Of a stretch of 64,000 nt of DNA, positions 25,192-38,281 are shown one piece after another; positions within the stretch are counted from its first letter, which is position 1; each line of letters starts with the position of its first letter. Origin of the DNA: Nemertoderma westbladi (taxonomy: Eukaryota; Animalia; Xenacoelomorpha); contig JAUCBJ010005615.1 in assembly GCA_032718475.1 (NCBI GenBank), positions 1-64,000 of the forward strand. The letters are read 5' to 3'. The notes under the pieces are model-generated. The model had not been told where the DNA came from, searched no databases, and saw only the letters and a list, made by a program, of their open reading frames with translations. Position numbers and translations under genes: made by a program.

Positions 25192-26420
25192 CTACAAGAA
25201 GGGCTGCTTACCCACCGCCCTGGAGTAGAATAAATGGCAGGATTCCGCTGCCTCCTCTATGGCTCGCAGCGAATAATCGAGGGTTTCCCTGGAGTGCGCG
25301 GCGGAGACACAGAAGCGTACACGACCGGTAACCACCGGGGTCGCAGGGAACCCGACCACAACCACCGCCACTCCGCGCTTCAAACACTCCCGACTGAACG
25401 CGGCCAACTTGGCCGGAAAGTAGATCATCACGGGAATTACGGGGCTGTCCGGGGATCCGTAGACCACGAACCCCATGGCGACGAGACGCCGTCGGAAGTA
25501 ATGCGCGTTCTCCGCGAGACAGGCTATCTTACGTCGACCTATGTCGCTCCCATCCCGACCCATTATAACCTCCATAGACGAGATGATCTGCTGACAGATC
25601 GGTGGACTCATCGACGTTGCGTAAGTAGCTGCGTGAGACGTGCTGCGCAGATGTGCGATTACATCACGTTCGGCCGCGATATAACCGCCAGCCGAACCGA
25701 AACTCTTAGTAAACGTCCCCATCATTATATCTACATCTTCTGGAGTGCAACCGAAGTATTCGACTATCCCCCGACCCCGGTCCCCCATCGCTCCGATAGA
25801 ATGCGCCTCGTCTAGAAACAGATAAGCTTTGTACTTTTTCTTTAACCGGATCACCTCGGGCAGTTTAACTATGGAACCCTCCATGGAATAAACTCCCTCT
25901 ACTATCACTAAGACCTTCTTCCACGGTCGATGGGTCCTCGGCTGTCCGTAAACCACCGCGTTCCGCAGCTCTTCCTCCAGACTCTCCATATTATTGTGTT
26001 TGAAGGTGCGTACCGCCGCGCCGCTCAGACGACTTCCGAGGATTAGCGAGGCGTGGTTCAACTCGTCGCTCACTATGAGACATCCCTTTCCTACGAGACA
26101 CGGGATGTTCATCGAGTTTGTCGCGAATCCCATTCCGAAGGCCATGGCTTCCGGCTTCCCGACGAACTCGGCTACAATGGTCTCCAGTCGGGAATGTATC
26201 GCCATGGTACCGAGTTCGTTCCGCGAGCTGCAGGAACTGAGTCCGTTGGAACGGATTGTCGCGGCTGTGTCGTTCGCACACGAACCGGAGGAATCGGCGA
26301 ACCCGAGGTAGTTGTACGAGCCGAGGTTGACCGCGCGGATCGTACGGCCCGTAAAGTGGAACGTTACATTCGCGTTGTCGCTGCGCCGCTCTAGTAGAGA
26401 AACGTACTCACCAGGGACGC
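25192..26420 (-). CDS. SPTLC2: Serine palmitoyltransferase LCB2 subunit, exon 2
   Basis: Acceptor TTACAG|GC at 26421/26420; (G)[11 protein letters not shown]...[10 protein letters not shown]...GFATNS...SDELNHASL...EGVYSMEG...[11 protein letters not shown]...GTFTKSFG (PLP lysine, LCB2-specific)...VGFPATP...RFCVSAAH; stop at 25192. Confidence 0.95.
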
Positions 26421-26790
26421 CTGTAACAAAGGAACACTCAATGTATACTTACCCGGGACGCCTGTAACAAAGGAACACTCAATGTATAATGTATACTTAC
26501 CCGGGACGCCTGTAACAAAGGAACACCCAATGTATACTTACCCGGAACGCATGTAACAAATGAACACTCAATGTATTGTATATTCACCGTAACGCCTGTA
26601 ACAAAGGAACACTCAAAGTATACTCACTCGGAACGCCTGTATCAAAGGAGCAATCAATGTATTGTATACTCACCTTAACGCCTGTAACAAAGGAACACTC
26701 AATGTATACTCACCCGGAACGCCTGTAACAAAGGAACACTCAATGTATACCTACTCACCCGGAACGCCTGTAATAAAGGAACACTCAAAT
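26403..26790 (-). repeat. About 41-bp intronic minisatellite (9 units) spanning the SPTLC2 3' splice site
   Basis: Unit on the minus strand: CATTGAGTGTTCCTTTGTTACAG-GCGTCCCGG-GTAAGTATA; the last unit overlaps the real exon start. Confidence 0.95.
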
Positions 26791-26874
26791 ATTACCTGCC
26801 AAGGCTGCAAGACCTAACATGTAATAAATTAACACATGGACCGTATATTATTCACTGACAAGGCCTACCGGTAC

Positions 26875-27295
26875 CTGTAATTGGTCGGTTCCAACAGTCA
26901 CGGATCCGGAGGTACATGTTCCGCGTAAAGAAACTCTCGAAACTCGCGTAGAGAGGAACGAAGCCCACATTACGGGAGGTTTCCGTGTGCGATTTTGCAT
27001 TCTCTAAGTTATATTTACGAAGAAAATCTCTAAAGTAGCCAACTATAATAAGAACTCCATAAGCGATATAAGTGAAGACAGCGCAGGCTAATGGGGGTTC
27101 GTCGAACGATTCTAAATATTTACAACGTTCAACTATAACGTCCTTGTCAGTTATATATTGATTGCATGTCTCCTTCTTCCCTGAGTTTGATTTAATTATC
27201 CCGTTTGGTAATCCCTCTCGATTTACCTTCGACTGATTTGCTGATGTAGCGGTTTGGGGAGTTAAAGAATTATCTTCATGATATTGGGTTACCAT
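26875..27295 (-). CDS. SPTLC2: Serine palmitoyltransferase LCB2 subunit, exon 1
   Basis: ATG at 27295; ESFDEPP..AVFTYIAY..GYFRDFLR..FVPLYASFESFFTRNMYLRIRDCWNRPIT; donor ACAG|GTACC at 26875/26874 (phase 1) joins exon 2 in frame, about 549 aa. An additional upstream exon cannot be excluded. Confidence 0.9.
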
Positions 27296-28109
27296 AATCA
27301 GATAATGTTCAGAAGAATTAAATTTCAAATATATATATTTTATTAATTAATATAGGCCTAGGCCTGTAGGCTGCTATTATTTTATTATTATTGCTGTGCT
27401 GTAGGCCTATGCCTGTATGCTGTATTGTTAATTACTAGGCCTATTATTACCTGTCAGCAGGTAGGCCTAGCGCTATCAGGCTATCGCAGTAGCCTAACGT
27501 AATTAGGCATACTGACGACTGAATTATTTTATTCTAAATTACACTGCTGCACTGTACACCATCTCCTGATCTCCCTTAAATACAACCATGTTCAACCCAT
27601 TTCAATTCCATTTCAACCTTGCGTTGCACAGACAGACACATGCAAGGATTCCAAATATGTAACAATCAGTGACAATCTGAGTGTCTGAATATCGTGATAG
27701 GCCTATCTCAATTTCAGAATTTGTTATGTTGGTTGAGAAACGAAACATCTGAGAAATAGCCAGATAGGCCTAGGCGTTCAAAAATCGGAAGATTGCAAGA
27801 AGTAGGTTGCCTGTTTGTTTGTTTTTGCATTTAGGCCACAAATGGCCTACAGACAGACAGGCTACAGCTGTAGCAGTACTATCTGACTGTGGACTGAGAT
27901 TATTTATTGAGGACTAATATAGTATAGGAACGAAACAACAACTGGTAAAGATATGCACGACAAACTGAAAGTAGTTACCCCCCCCCCACTCCCCTACGGT
28001 TTTTCTTATTTTGTACATGTCTCCAATGTGATTGAAAAATCCATAGAAAACGATATACCATCGAAAAGTGGATCATCAAAAGTACATAAAAATTAAAAAA
28101 ACAATTTTA

Positions 28110-28650
28110 TGGCGCCCCCTAGCGGGCTGCGTGAGATTTAAAAAAATTTCACTCAAAAGACTAACTCCTCAGTTATTTTCCATTTTTGTTTTTCAATACC
28201 ATATTTTTTGGAAAAACCATGTTCATTTTCATTATATTTTTCATGTACTTTTTTTATTTTCGTTTTCTATTTCTGATAATTTGTCAATGTTATAAAAAAA
28301 ATTCAAATTTTTATAAATACTGTTGGCCTACAGTACTGAAAAAACCCTTGTTTTTTTTGTAACTATTCATATCTGAAATTTATTGAAGCTTATGAAATTA
28401 GTTTAGTTTTCGGGGTCGCGGATTTCATTTCCGATGTCAGTTTTAATATTTGGTGCAATGTAGTCTGTCTGTCTGGCTGTCTTACATTTTGACAGACAGA
28501 ATGGCAGACAGATATTCCACGATAACTAAGAGATCTCTCTAAACCGTTTTCAGATTTGAAATCCCGATTACATTCTGCTCCAGGTGCTATAAAAAACAAA
28601 TTTATGAAATTTTTTCGAGGGGGGCTAGCCCCCACACCCCCTCCCATGTT
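28110..28650. mobile_element. Helentron/DINE-like repeat
   Basis: GGCGCCCCCTAGCGG motif, GTCTGTCTGTCT and CAGACAGA microsatellites, terminal GGGGGCTAGCCCCC hairpin. Confidence 0.45.
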
Positions 28651-28890
28651 CCATTGGATTATTTAAAAAAATATAAACAAACATGGTTCAACAAAGTCTC
28701 ACATACCGATGACAATCATAAATGAAATGTGATTAAGTTAAAACGGGATTTGAAATTACATTTATATGTTTTCACTGCAATTATAACTTTCTGTTCAAAG
28801 TCTCCCTCAATCCCCCCCACCCCCGCCTACATAAACAGGTTGTAAGGCAACTTCTTCAGTAAACGTCACTGAAGGGATATCTTTCGTCAT

Positions 28891-29940
28891 TGTAAAAGCT
28901 TTTGCGGATAAAATAAGTCAATTGAGCAATGCGCTAAATACTCTAAAAGACTTAAACTTATGCAACTACGTGTCTGTCCAAACTATCAGAGCTGAGATGA
29001 CGAAATCTACCAGCTGTTTCTTTGTGTGAAGGATCTGTGTTAGTTGTTGACATATTTCAGCCAATCAGAGCGATCTCCCTTTACCTGTGCTCTGTAGCCT
29101 ATATGAAATGACTCAATGTGGCAAAATTCTCAGAATTCATTCATTCTGATTTGCTGACTGTTCTGACTTCGCCCGAAACATCAGTGGCCTAAGAGAGTCA
29201 TAAGAACGCAAATCTATTAACGTATTTCATAACGTATCAATTCACATATCATACCGATTCATAACACACTATCGTAATGCTGAATTCTGATACTGCAACA
29301 CGGCTGTTGCGCCGCTAGCACCGTTTTTACTGTTTTATACTGTTATTAGCTATTGTTATATACTGTATGAATGGATGTTATATTTGGAGAATACTGATGA
29401 ATAATCGTTAAATCCCCTTAACTTTCTTAATTACTGAGGTAAGCAGAAGGGTGTATCAGTAACAATTGTGGCTCAATTTATAGTGGTTTGTATGAATTCA
29501 ATGCTATTTCATAACCCCAACGTATGTGAGTCGCAATCCTCCTTATATATGATTAAAATCGGTGACAATCGGCAAATCAGTGTGTGTTAGTGTGAATATT
29601 AATGCAGAAATTGTGTGTGAAGGTTAATAAAGCTTTCCTAAAGAATGCCCCATTTGCGTTATCTCATTGCCACTAGTTGTAATTAGTGTCAGACATAACT
29701 CTGTGTGATAATTAAAGCGCCACGCCCCAAAGAAACTGTTAATATTTCCCCGAAAGTAAATATAGTTGTCGAAGATTATATAGTAGTGATCAATCGATTA
29801 TAATACAAACATCTCCCACATCCATGGGTCATACGCCGCACTAGACTGGCTTCAGCTGATGTCAATTAGTCAAGGCGATTGCCAATTCCTAAGACACTTA
29901 AAATAGTGGGTTAAACTGCTGAGGTCTAAAAGCGCGAAAG
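28891..29940 (+). mobile_element. Diverged solo/partial LTR of family A
   Basis: Starts TGTAAAAGCTTTTGCGGA; multiple colinear blocks match 1761-2950; no PPT upstream. Confidence 0.7.
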
Positions 29941-30099
29941 ACCCTTATCCGATCCTTAGGTGCTTCCCCTAGTAGAATATCTACCTCCCTTCCCACTAGA
30001 CTTCCGGTTTCGTTCAGGGAACCTGCTGTCTGACTATTCGTACCAGTCGAGGATGTGTAGTAGACCCCGGAAGCAGTGTCATACTCATAAATAAGAAGT

Positions 30100-30882
30100 C
30101 TCAGTTTGACTTGCAATGTATATTGATAACTACTAGTTCATTAACTACTATTTCTCACCAGGAGGAATTATTGCACATACGGTGGGAATAACGTAAACAC
30201 CAATAATACACAACAATAATAAAGTAATATGTCATAAGGAAGAGTAAATAGAGAGGTTACATTTAATGTAGAAATGCACCCAAGAATAAATTCTATATCA
30301 AAACCGTCACATTAAATACACCGCAATATTTCAATAAACATCACTAAACATCTGGCCGCTCTACTGTTAACAATTCAACTAAGTACACTCACAGTACAAT
30401 GTCAGTTACCCATCTCAGGAGTATGATAGAAAACCCCAAACCAATATAACAACCCCTTTCGTCCATACAAACTGTATATAAATGTATGTAATATAAAACT
30501 GTATGTAAACTAATATATGATTAACACACATTGAATATTGGTTTCACCTCCTACTGTACTTTGGCCCTTTACCCAATGGATGCTTTCCTGTTCCTTACCA
30601 CGTGCTTCCCTCCCCACTATTGGCTAATATACTAATTGTCACTTTGGCACTCCCTGTGAGTGTTTCCCCCCTCTGCTATCCTCTACTAGCTGTATTCCCT
30701 CCGAGGTGGTTTGACCTCTCACCTTTCTCTGTGGCTTTGGGGCTTGTGCCCCCCCCCCCCCCCCCCAAATGTTGGTTGTGATACGAGATTAATATTGGTA
30801 ATCTCGTATCCCCAACATATTGCTAAAATGCCACTGGTCCCATTTTCTGGTTGGTAATGAAGTGGAATTCAATCCGCTTACA
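30100..30882 (-). mobile_element. Diverged LTR of family B (left boundary uncertain)
   Basis: Reverse complement begins TGTAAGCGGATTGAATTCC...AGTGGCATTTTA...GAGAGGTCA..TTAGCCAAT..GCATCCATTGG..AATATTCAAT.TGTGTTA, colinear with 3941-4280. Confidence 0.7.
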
Positions 30883-32716
30883 TTCACACTCCTAGTCATC
30901 ATACTATGATTAACTCGGTTGACAATATTACACCCCCTGCTGTTTCTCTCTTAATTATCTCATTTAATGCTTTGGTATTATTCACTAACAATGATACAGT
31001 GTAGTTTAATTAACTTACTTGTGGGTGCCGTTTCATCACCTGAAAAAACATAAATAAAACAATCTAAAAACATAATTTGTTTTAGGCCTATATTTAATCG
31101 GAGAATTAGTCACAAATAATATTCGCTTTAATAATAAGAAAACGTAATGTTTACTTACATTGATTATTATTGGTAGTTGCAATTGGCTGTGTATTTGTTG
31201 GACCTTAAAAATAAATGATATATGTAATTAATTATGAATGGATGTGTCGTATTGTCGTATTACAGATTTGCAATCCTGGTAACGACACACTTCTGTTAAT
31301 AAATGAATAATAAATATTTTTAATATACACCATGACCCGTAATATACTGTCATTTTCTGATGACAGGGACCCCCCCCCCCCCCCCCCCCCCACCCCAACT
31401 TTTTCTACAAATCTTTATAATTTTACTTGAAATTTGAAACATAACTAGTTCAACTCAACGTCGATGTCCACATGAAGCCGGAATCTTTGATTTTGCCTGT
31501 AAATTCTTTTGTTACATTATATCAACTTAACAGCGTTCTGGTGAATTACTCGTAACGCTGCAAAGTACTACTTTGCAGCGTTGCGGCATATAGGACGGAA
31601 CGCTGCAAAGTAATCAATGACAAGGAAACAATTACAATTCAATTACTGTATTGCAGAATTTATTATTTCCATTTATGTTAATGAGTGCTGCTTTATCCAG
31701 TTTGTACTTGACGGGACTAGCTACTGTATGTAAATAATTGTTTACCGTGTACTGTAATCCATTATGGCGAAACGTCCAATAGAAACACTTTATAGAGAAA
31801 ATGAGCAAACAAAATGGCGACAGTGTTCAGTAAAACTGAACGGACACAGATGGTGACTCAGTTTGCTTCAGTCGACGATGGATCAAAGATTTATCAGATC
31901 CATTTATGAGATAACTTCCAATAAACTTTAATTCGATTTTAATGTATAATTAATACCGAGTAGGCCTACCTAGTTAATAAATTTCACTTATATTCGAAAT
32001 AGTAGGCCTACATCATAAAATGTATAAATGAGCATCCATAAAATCCTTTCTTCACATACCGAACGCTGACAAGTTGACATAATGTAACAAAATTACAAGT
32101 ATAATACAAATACACCATTGCTTGCAAAGGTACTTTATTTCAGCGTTAAAGACCCTTGTTTATTTATGTAAACCTCCCTCGGTGCGCTCGCTCGGTACAT
32201 AAATAAGCTCGGATCATAACGCCTCAAAGTGCTACTTTGCACACAATGATGTAAATAGTTATTATAAGCGTTTTAAAAAGGTGTATTTTGCGAAATTGCA
32301 CATCTCCTATCGTCGCCATTCTTCATATTAGTGAAGAATTGTTCATATCATTAAAAAGCTAGCGTTGCAAGGATTACAAATATGTAACAATGTCTGAATT
32401 TCGTTGAGAAACACCTGAGATATAGGCGTTCAAATATTGGAAGAATTATTGTTCGATGAAGGCAATTTATACTACTGTATTTATAAAATACACAATGTTC
32501 TGGAACATTTTGTTTATGTATGAATAACTATATGTATGAATAACTATTTGTCCCGCTATAAATGAGACCCTAGACATGTATCTCCTTTCGCGCTCCTTTG
32601 TATTTTGTTTGTGTTATAACAGAAAGAATATGTTGCTATCGAAAAGAGAATGAACTAAAGTAAAAACAAAATAGAGATATTATCTAGGCATACCGCTTTT
32701 GCCCACCAACTCACAA

Positions 32717-33464
32717 TAACTATTTACATACATAAAGTAGCACTTTACAGTGTGATGATCCGAGTGGCTTTGTTACACGAACGACCGAACGTCAGTGAGT
32801 GAGTGAAAATAAAGCCACGAGGATCAGAACACTGTAAAGTACGTTATTTCAAAATTGTAACATTACTCAACGCCGTTAGTAACAGCGAGTTGTTATTTAG
32901 CACTTTAGAGGACATTACAGCATTGTATTGGCCTGTACATTTATAGTATTGTATTTGGTGTTATTGTTTACGTGGTAACCCATGACGGCGTTAAGTAATG
33001 TCCACTAAGGGGACATTACTTAACGCGTCATGGGTTACCACGTAAACAATAGGTGGAAATTTGCCTGACAGCCAGAAAGGCCTACTACATTACCTACCGG
33101 TAGGCAGGATATAGCTATTAATATCCAGTAGGGCCTAGCTATATTATTATAACATGGCTCCAAACGCCACCATAAATATAAGCTAACTTATTTATAACAT
33201 ATTTTATGTCATTTTTACATTTATTTATGCAGCAACTAATATAATTTGTACAGTTTCTATCACTTATAATGTATATGTACAATCATTTCGTAATGTTAAC
33301 ATTTTGGAATAAAACTACATACATACTTGTTGCAAAGTACTTTACAGTGTTCTTATCCTCGTGGCTTTATTTTCACTCACTCACTAACGTTCGTTCGTGT
33401 AACAAAGCCACTCGGATTATCACACTGTAAAGTGCTACTTTTACACACAAGTATGTAAATAGTT
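32717..33464. mobile_element. Long-TIR non-autonomous element with internal palindrome
   Basis: About 125-bp TIRs TAACTATTTACATAC...CACTGTAAAGTAC; internal hairpin 32962-33051; other copies at 37414-38660 and around 46025/57779-58840. Confidence 0.75.
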
Positions 33465-33862
33465 ATTGCAACAAGTATGTATGTAGTTTTATTCCAAAAT
33501 GTTAACATTACGAAATGATTGTACATATACATTATAAGTGATAGAAACTGTACAAATTATATTAGTTGCTGTATAAATAAATGTAAAACTGACCATTGTC
33601 AACCATTTCAAAATTAATATTAATCAATTATTTATTCTTAGCTCTGTTTAAAACAAGCGCGAAATCGCTCAAAGGTCCTCGTCTAATAACGCATGAACTG
33701 TCTCCTCCTTGAATGGCTCACTACCAGCCTGAATCATGCTTAAGTTTCAATTAAATCAAATTTTACAAAACCGAAATATTTTCTTAGAAAAAAAGATAAC
33801 ATTTAGAGCTACTTACAGTAGGCCTACAGTACATGTAGGATTAAACCCGGTGTTTAGAATTC

Positions 33863-36623
33863 CTACGGAGTGGCTACTTGAGGTCTGCCTACGCTACGGA
33901 GTGGCTACTTGAGGTCTGGCTACGCTACGGTGTGGCTACTTGAGGTCTGGCTACGCTACGGTGTGGCTACTTGAGGTCTGCCTACGCTACAGAGTGGCTA
34001 CTTGAGGTCTGGCTACGCTACAGAATGGCTACTTAAGGTCTGGCTATGCTACAGAATGGCTACTTGAGGTCTGGCTACACTATGGAGTGGCTACTTGACG
34101 TCTGGCTACGCTACGGGGTGGCTACTTGATGTCTGGCTACGCTACGGAGTGGCTACTTGAAGTCTGCCTACGCTACGGAGTGGCTACTTGAGGTCTGGCT
34201 ACGCTACGGAGTGGCTACTTGAAGTCTGCCTACGCTACGGAGTGGCTACTTGAGGTCTGGCTACACTACGGAGTGGCTACTTGAGGTCTGGCTACGCTAC
34301 GGAGTGGCTACTTGAGGTCTGGCTACGCTACGGGGTGGCTACTTGACGTCTGGCTACGCTACGGGGTGGCTACTTGACGTCTGGCTACACTACGGAGTGG
34401 CTACTTGAGGTCTGGCTACGCTACGGTGTGGCTACTTGATGTCTGGCTACACTACGGAGTGGCTACTTTACGTCTGCCTACGCTACATAGTGGCTACTTG
34501 AGGTCTGCCTACGCTACGGAGTGGCTACTTGAGGTCTGGCTACGCTACGGTGTGGCTACTTGAGGTCTGCCTACGCTACGGAGTGGCTACTTGAGGTCTG
34601 GCTACGCTACGGTGTGGCTACTTGAGGTCTGGCTACGCTACGGTGTGGCTACTTGAGGTCTGCCTACGCTACGGAGTGGCTACTTGAGGTCTGCCTACGC
34701 TATGGAGTGGCTACTTGAGGTCTGGCTACGCTACGGTGTGGCTACTTGAGGTCTGCCTACGCTATGGAGTGGCTACTTGACGTCTGCCTACGCTACATAG
34801 TGGCTACTTGAGGTCTGCCTACGCTACGGAGTGGCTACTTGAGGTCTGGCTACGCTACGGTGTGGCTACTTGAGGTCTGCCTACGCTACGGAGTGGCTAC
34901 TTGAGGTCTGGCTACGCTACGGTGTGGCTACTTGAGGTCTGCCTACGCTACGGAGTGGCTACTTGAGGTCTGGCTACGCTACATAGTGGCTACTTGAGGT
35001 CTGCCTACGCTACGGAGTGGCTACTTGAGGTCTGGCTACGCTACGGAGTGGCTACTTTGAGGTCTGCCTACGCTACGGAGTGGCTACTTGACGTCTGCCT
35101 ACGCTACATAGTGGCTACTTGAGGTCTGCCTACGCTACGGAGTGGCTACTTGAGGTCTGGCTATGCTACGGAGTGGCTACTTGAGGTCTGGCTACGCTAC
35201 GGTGTGGCTACTTGAGGTCTGCCTACGCTACGGAGTGGCTACTTGAGGTCTGCCTACGCTATGGAGTGGCTACTTGAGGTCTGGCTACGCTACGGAGTGG
35301 CTACTTGAGGTCTGGCTACGCTACGGAGTGGCTACTTGAGGTCTGGCTACGCTACGGTGTGGCTACTTGAGGTCTACCTACGCTACAGAGTGGCTACTTG
35401 AGGTCTGGCTACGCTACGGAGTGGCTACTTGAGGTCTGGCTACGCTACGGAGTGGCTACTTGAGGTCTGGCTACGCTACGGTGTGGCTACTTGAGGTCTC
35501 CCTACGCTACGGGGTGGCTACTTGAGGTCTGCCTACGCTACGGAGTGGCTACTTGAGGTCTGGCTACGCTACGGAGTGGCTACTTGAGGTCTGGCTACGC
35601 TACGGAGTGGCTACTTGAGGTCTGGCTACGCTACGGTGTGGCTACTTGAGGTCTACCTACGCTACAGAGTGGCTACTTGAGGTCTGGCTACGCTACGGAG
35701 TGGCTACTTGAGGTCTGGCTACGCTACGGAGTGGCTACTTGAGGTCTGGCTACGCTACGGTGTGGCTACTTGAGGTCTGCCTACGCTACGGAGTGGCTAC
35801 TTGAGGTCTACCTACGCTATGGAGTGGCTACTTGAGGTCTGGCTACGCTACGGAGTGGCTACTTGAGGTCTGGCTACGCTATGGAGTGGCTACTTGACGT
35901 CTGGCTACGCTACGGAGTGGCTACTTGAGGTCTGCCTACGCTACGGAGTGGCTACTTGAGGTCTGGCTACGCTACAGAGTGGCTACTTGAGGTCTGGCTA
36001 CGCTACGGAGTGGCTACTTGAGGTCTGGCTACGCTATGGAGTGGCTACTTGACGTCTGGCTACGCTACGGAGTGGCTACTTGAGGTCTGCCTACGCTACG
36101 GAGTGGCTACTTGAGGTCTGCCTACGCTATGGAGTGGCTACTTGAGGTCTGGCTACGCTACGGAGTGGCTACTTGAGGTCTGGCTACGCTACGGAGTGGC
36201 TACTTGAGGTCTGGCTAAGCTACGGTGTCGCTACTTGAGGTCTACCTACGCTACAGAGTGGCTACTTGAGGTCTGGCTACGCTACAGAGTGGCTACTTGA
36301 GGTCTGCCTACGCTACGGTGTGGCTACTTGAGGTCTGCCTACGCTACGGAGTGGATACTTGAGGTCTGGCTACGCTACAGAGTGGCTACTTGAGGTCTGG
36401 CTACGCTACAGAGTGGCTACTTGGGGTCTGGCTATGCTACGGAGTGGCTACTTGACGTCTGGCTACGCTACGGGGTGGCTACTTGATGTCTGGCTACACT
36501 ACGGAGTGGCTACTTGAGGTCTGGCTACGCTACAGAGTGGCTACTTGAGGTCTGGCTACGCTACAGAGTGGCTACTTGAGGTCTGGCTACGCTACGGAGT
36601 GGCTACGTGGGGTCTGGCTATGC
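33863..36623. repeat. 31-bp satellite (GCTACGGAGTGGCTACTTGAGGTCTGGCTAC), about 89 copies
   Basis: Direct reading; unit contains three GCTAC subrepeats. Confidence 0.98.
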
Positions 36624-37544
36624 GGTCCTAAAACATATATACCGATACCGGTTACTAGATCGACCGATACCTAAAAATATTTAGATTATTTTACATCAAG
36701 CAAATTTGGATTATAGACGAGCTTGAGCTACAGTATTATAGGCCATACATCATGTACTTTAGAAAAACACTTTGTAATGTTTTTATTATCGAGGGTTTAT
36801 TTCCGTTCACTCACATCACTATGTTCCTTAGAGTAGGCCCTAACATACCACTAGTATCAGCAGCTTGTTAAGGTCTACTTTAAATACATTAGCATATTTT
36901 TTTGGTCAAAAAAAAAAAAATTTCCATCAGGGTGGGGGGGCTTTACCTTTTATAGTGTAGAATAACAACTCAAAAAACTTATTTTGGTCGATATTTGTAC
37001 AGAATTTAATGGAGAATCCGAAAATGTAAGTATGACACAAGTTATGCCGAAAAAGAGTGTTAGACAGTTCAAATCTAACTAAGGACAACTCAAAATCATG
37101 AATTCAGTATTCTACAATACAGCAATACTATTCACCACTTAGGCCTACTACAGTACAGTGTTGTATGTAATTTATATACAGTAGTTCTGTCAACCGTTGT
37201 CCGTCCTTTTGGTCGATCTGTCGCCGAATGTTTGAAGGCTATTAACAATCTCCAATCAGTTTCTCTGTTTCCAAATAAGGAAAACTTTTTAAGCACCATA
37301 TTGGTTTGATTTAATTCACAAATTACCTTATTTATAATTATTTAATGTAAAGCCGGACTGTGCATGCGTTGGTTGTAAGTAAAGTTCTAAAATTATATTC
37401 ACACTATATATTAATAACTATTTACATACTTGTGTGTAAAGTAACACTTTAGAGTGTGATGATCCGAGTGGCTTTGTTACACGAACGAACGTTGTGAGTG
37501 AGTGAAAATAAAGCCACGAGGATCAGAACACTGTAAAGTACTTT

Positions 37545-37912
37545 GGGGCCGTCCAAGTATGACGTCAGCACTTTAGGGGGGGGGGGGGGGGGGGGGGGGT
37601 TGGGAAAATCTGATGACGTGCTGTTGATGGGAGGGGAGGGGGTCAGCCAAAATCTGACGTCAGCATGTTTATTTATAGGTGCTAGAAGAGATACAGTATA
37701 GCAGACGAGTACAGTAAATAGCTAGCACGACCTTCTGTTTCAGTTACCAGTCATCATGTTTCAGTGATTAGGACGCGAAAATTTTTTTAATCTGATTTAG
37801 GGGAGGGGGGGGGGGGGGGTCAACGCCTATCTGATGACATCTGATTTAGGGGAGGGAGGGGGTCAACATTTTGGGGAAAAGTGCAGACGTCATACAGTTC
37901 TTGGATGGCCCC
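37545..37912. mobile_element. PIF/Harbinger-like MITE with 3-bp TSD (TTT)
   Basis: TIR GGGGCCGTCCAAGTATGACGTC / GACGTCATAC..TTGGATGGCCCC; removing it restores AAGTACTTTGCAACAAG seen at about 33325-33342. Confidence 0.75.
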
Positions 37913-37971
37913 TTTGCAACAAGTATGTATTTAGTTTTATTCTAAAATTGTAACATTACGAAATGATATAT

Positions 37972-38281
37972 ATACATTATGTACATATACATTATGTACA
38001 TATAGATTATGTACATATAAATTATGTACATATACATTATGTACATATACATTATGTACATATACATTATGTACATATACATTATGTACATATACATTAT
38101 GTACATATACATTATGTACATATACATTATGTACATATACATTATGTACATATACATTATGTACATATACATTATGTACATATACATTATGTACATATAC
38201 ATTATGTACATATACATCATGTACATATACATTATGTACATATACATTATGTACATATACATTATGTACATATACATTATA
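37972..38281. repeat. 15-bp tandem array (GTACATATACATTAT), about 20 copies
   Basis: Direct reading. Confidence 0.97.

Noticed and set aside
25234-26394. Plus-strand ORFs overlapping SPTLC2
   Set aside because: Antisense shadows of a GC-rich coding exon with no recognisable motifs.
33863-36623. CRISPR-like appearance of regular arrays (also 26403-26790)
   Set aside because: Units are contiguous with no unique spacers, there are no cas genes, and the context is eukaryotic.
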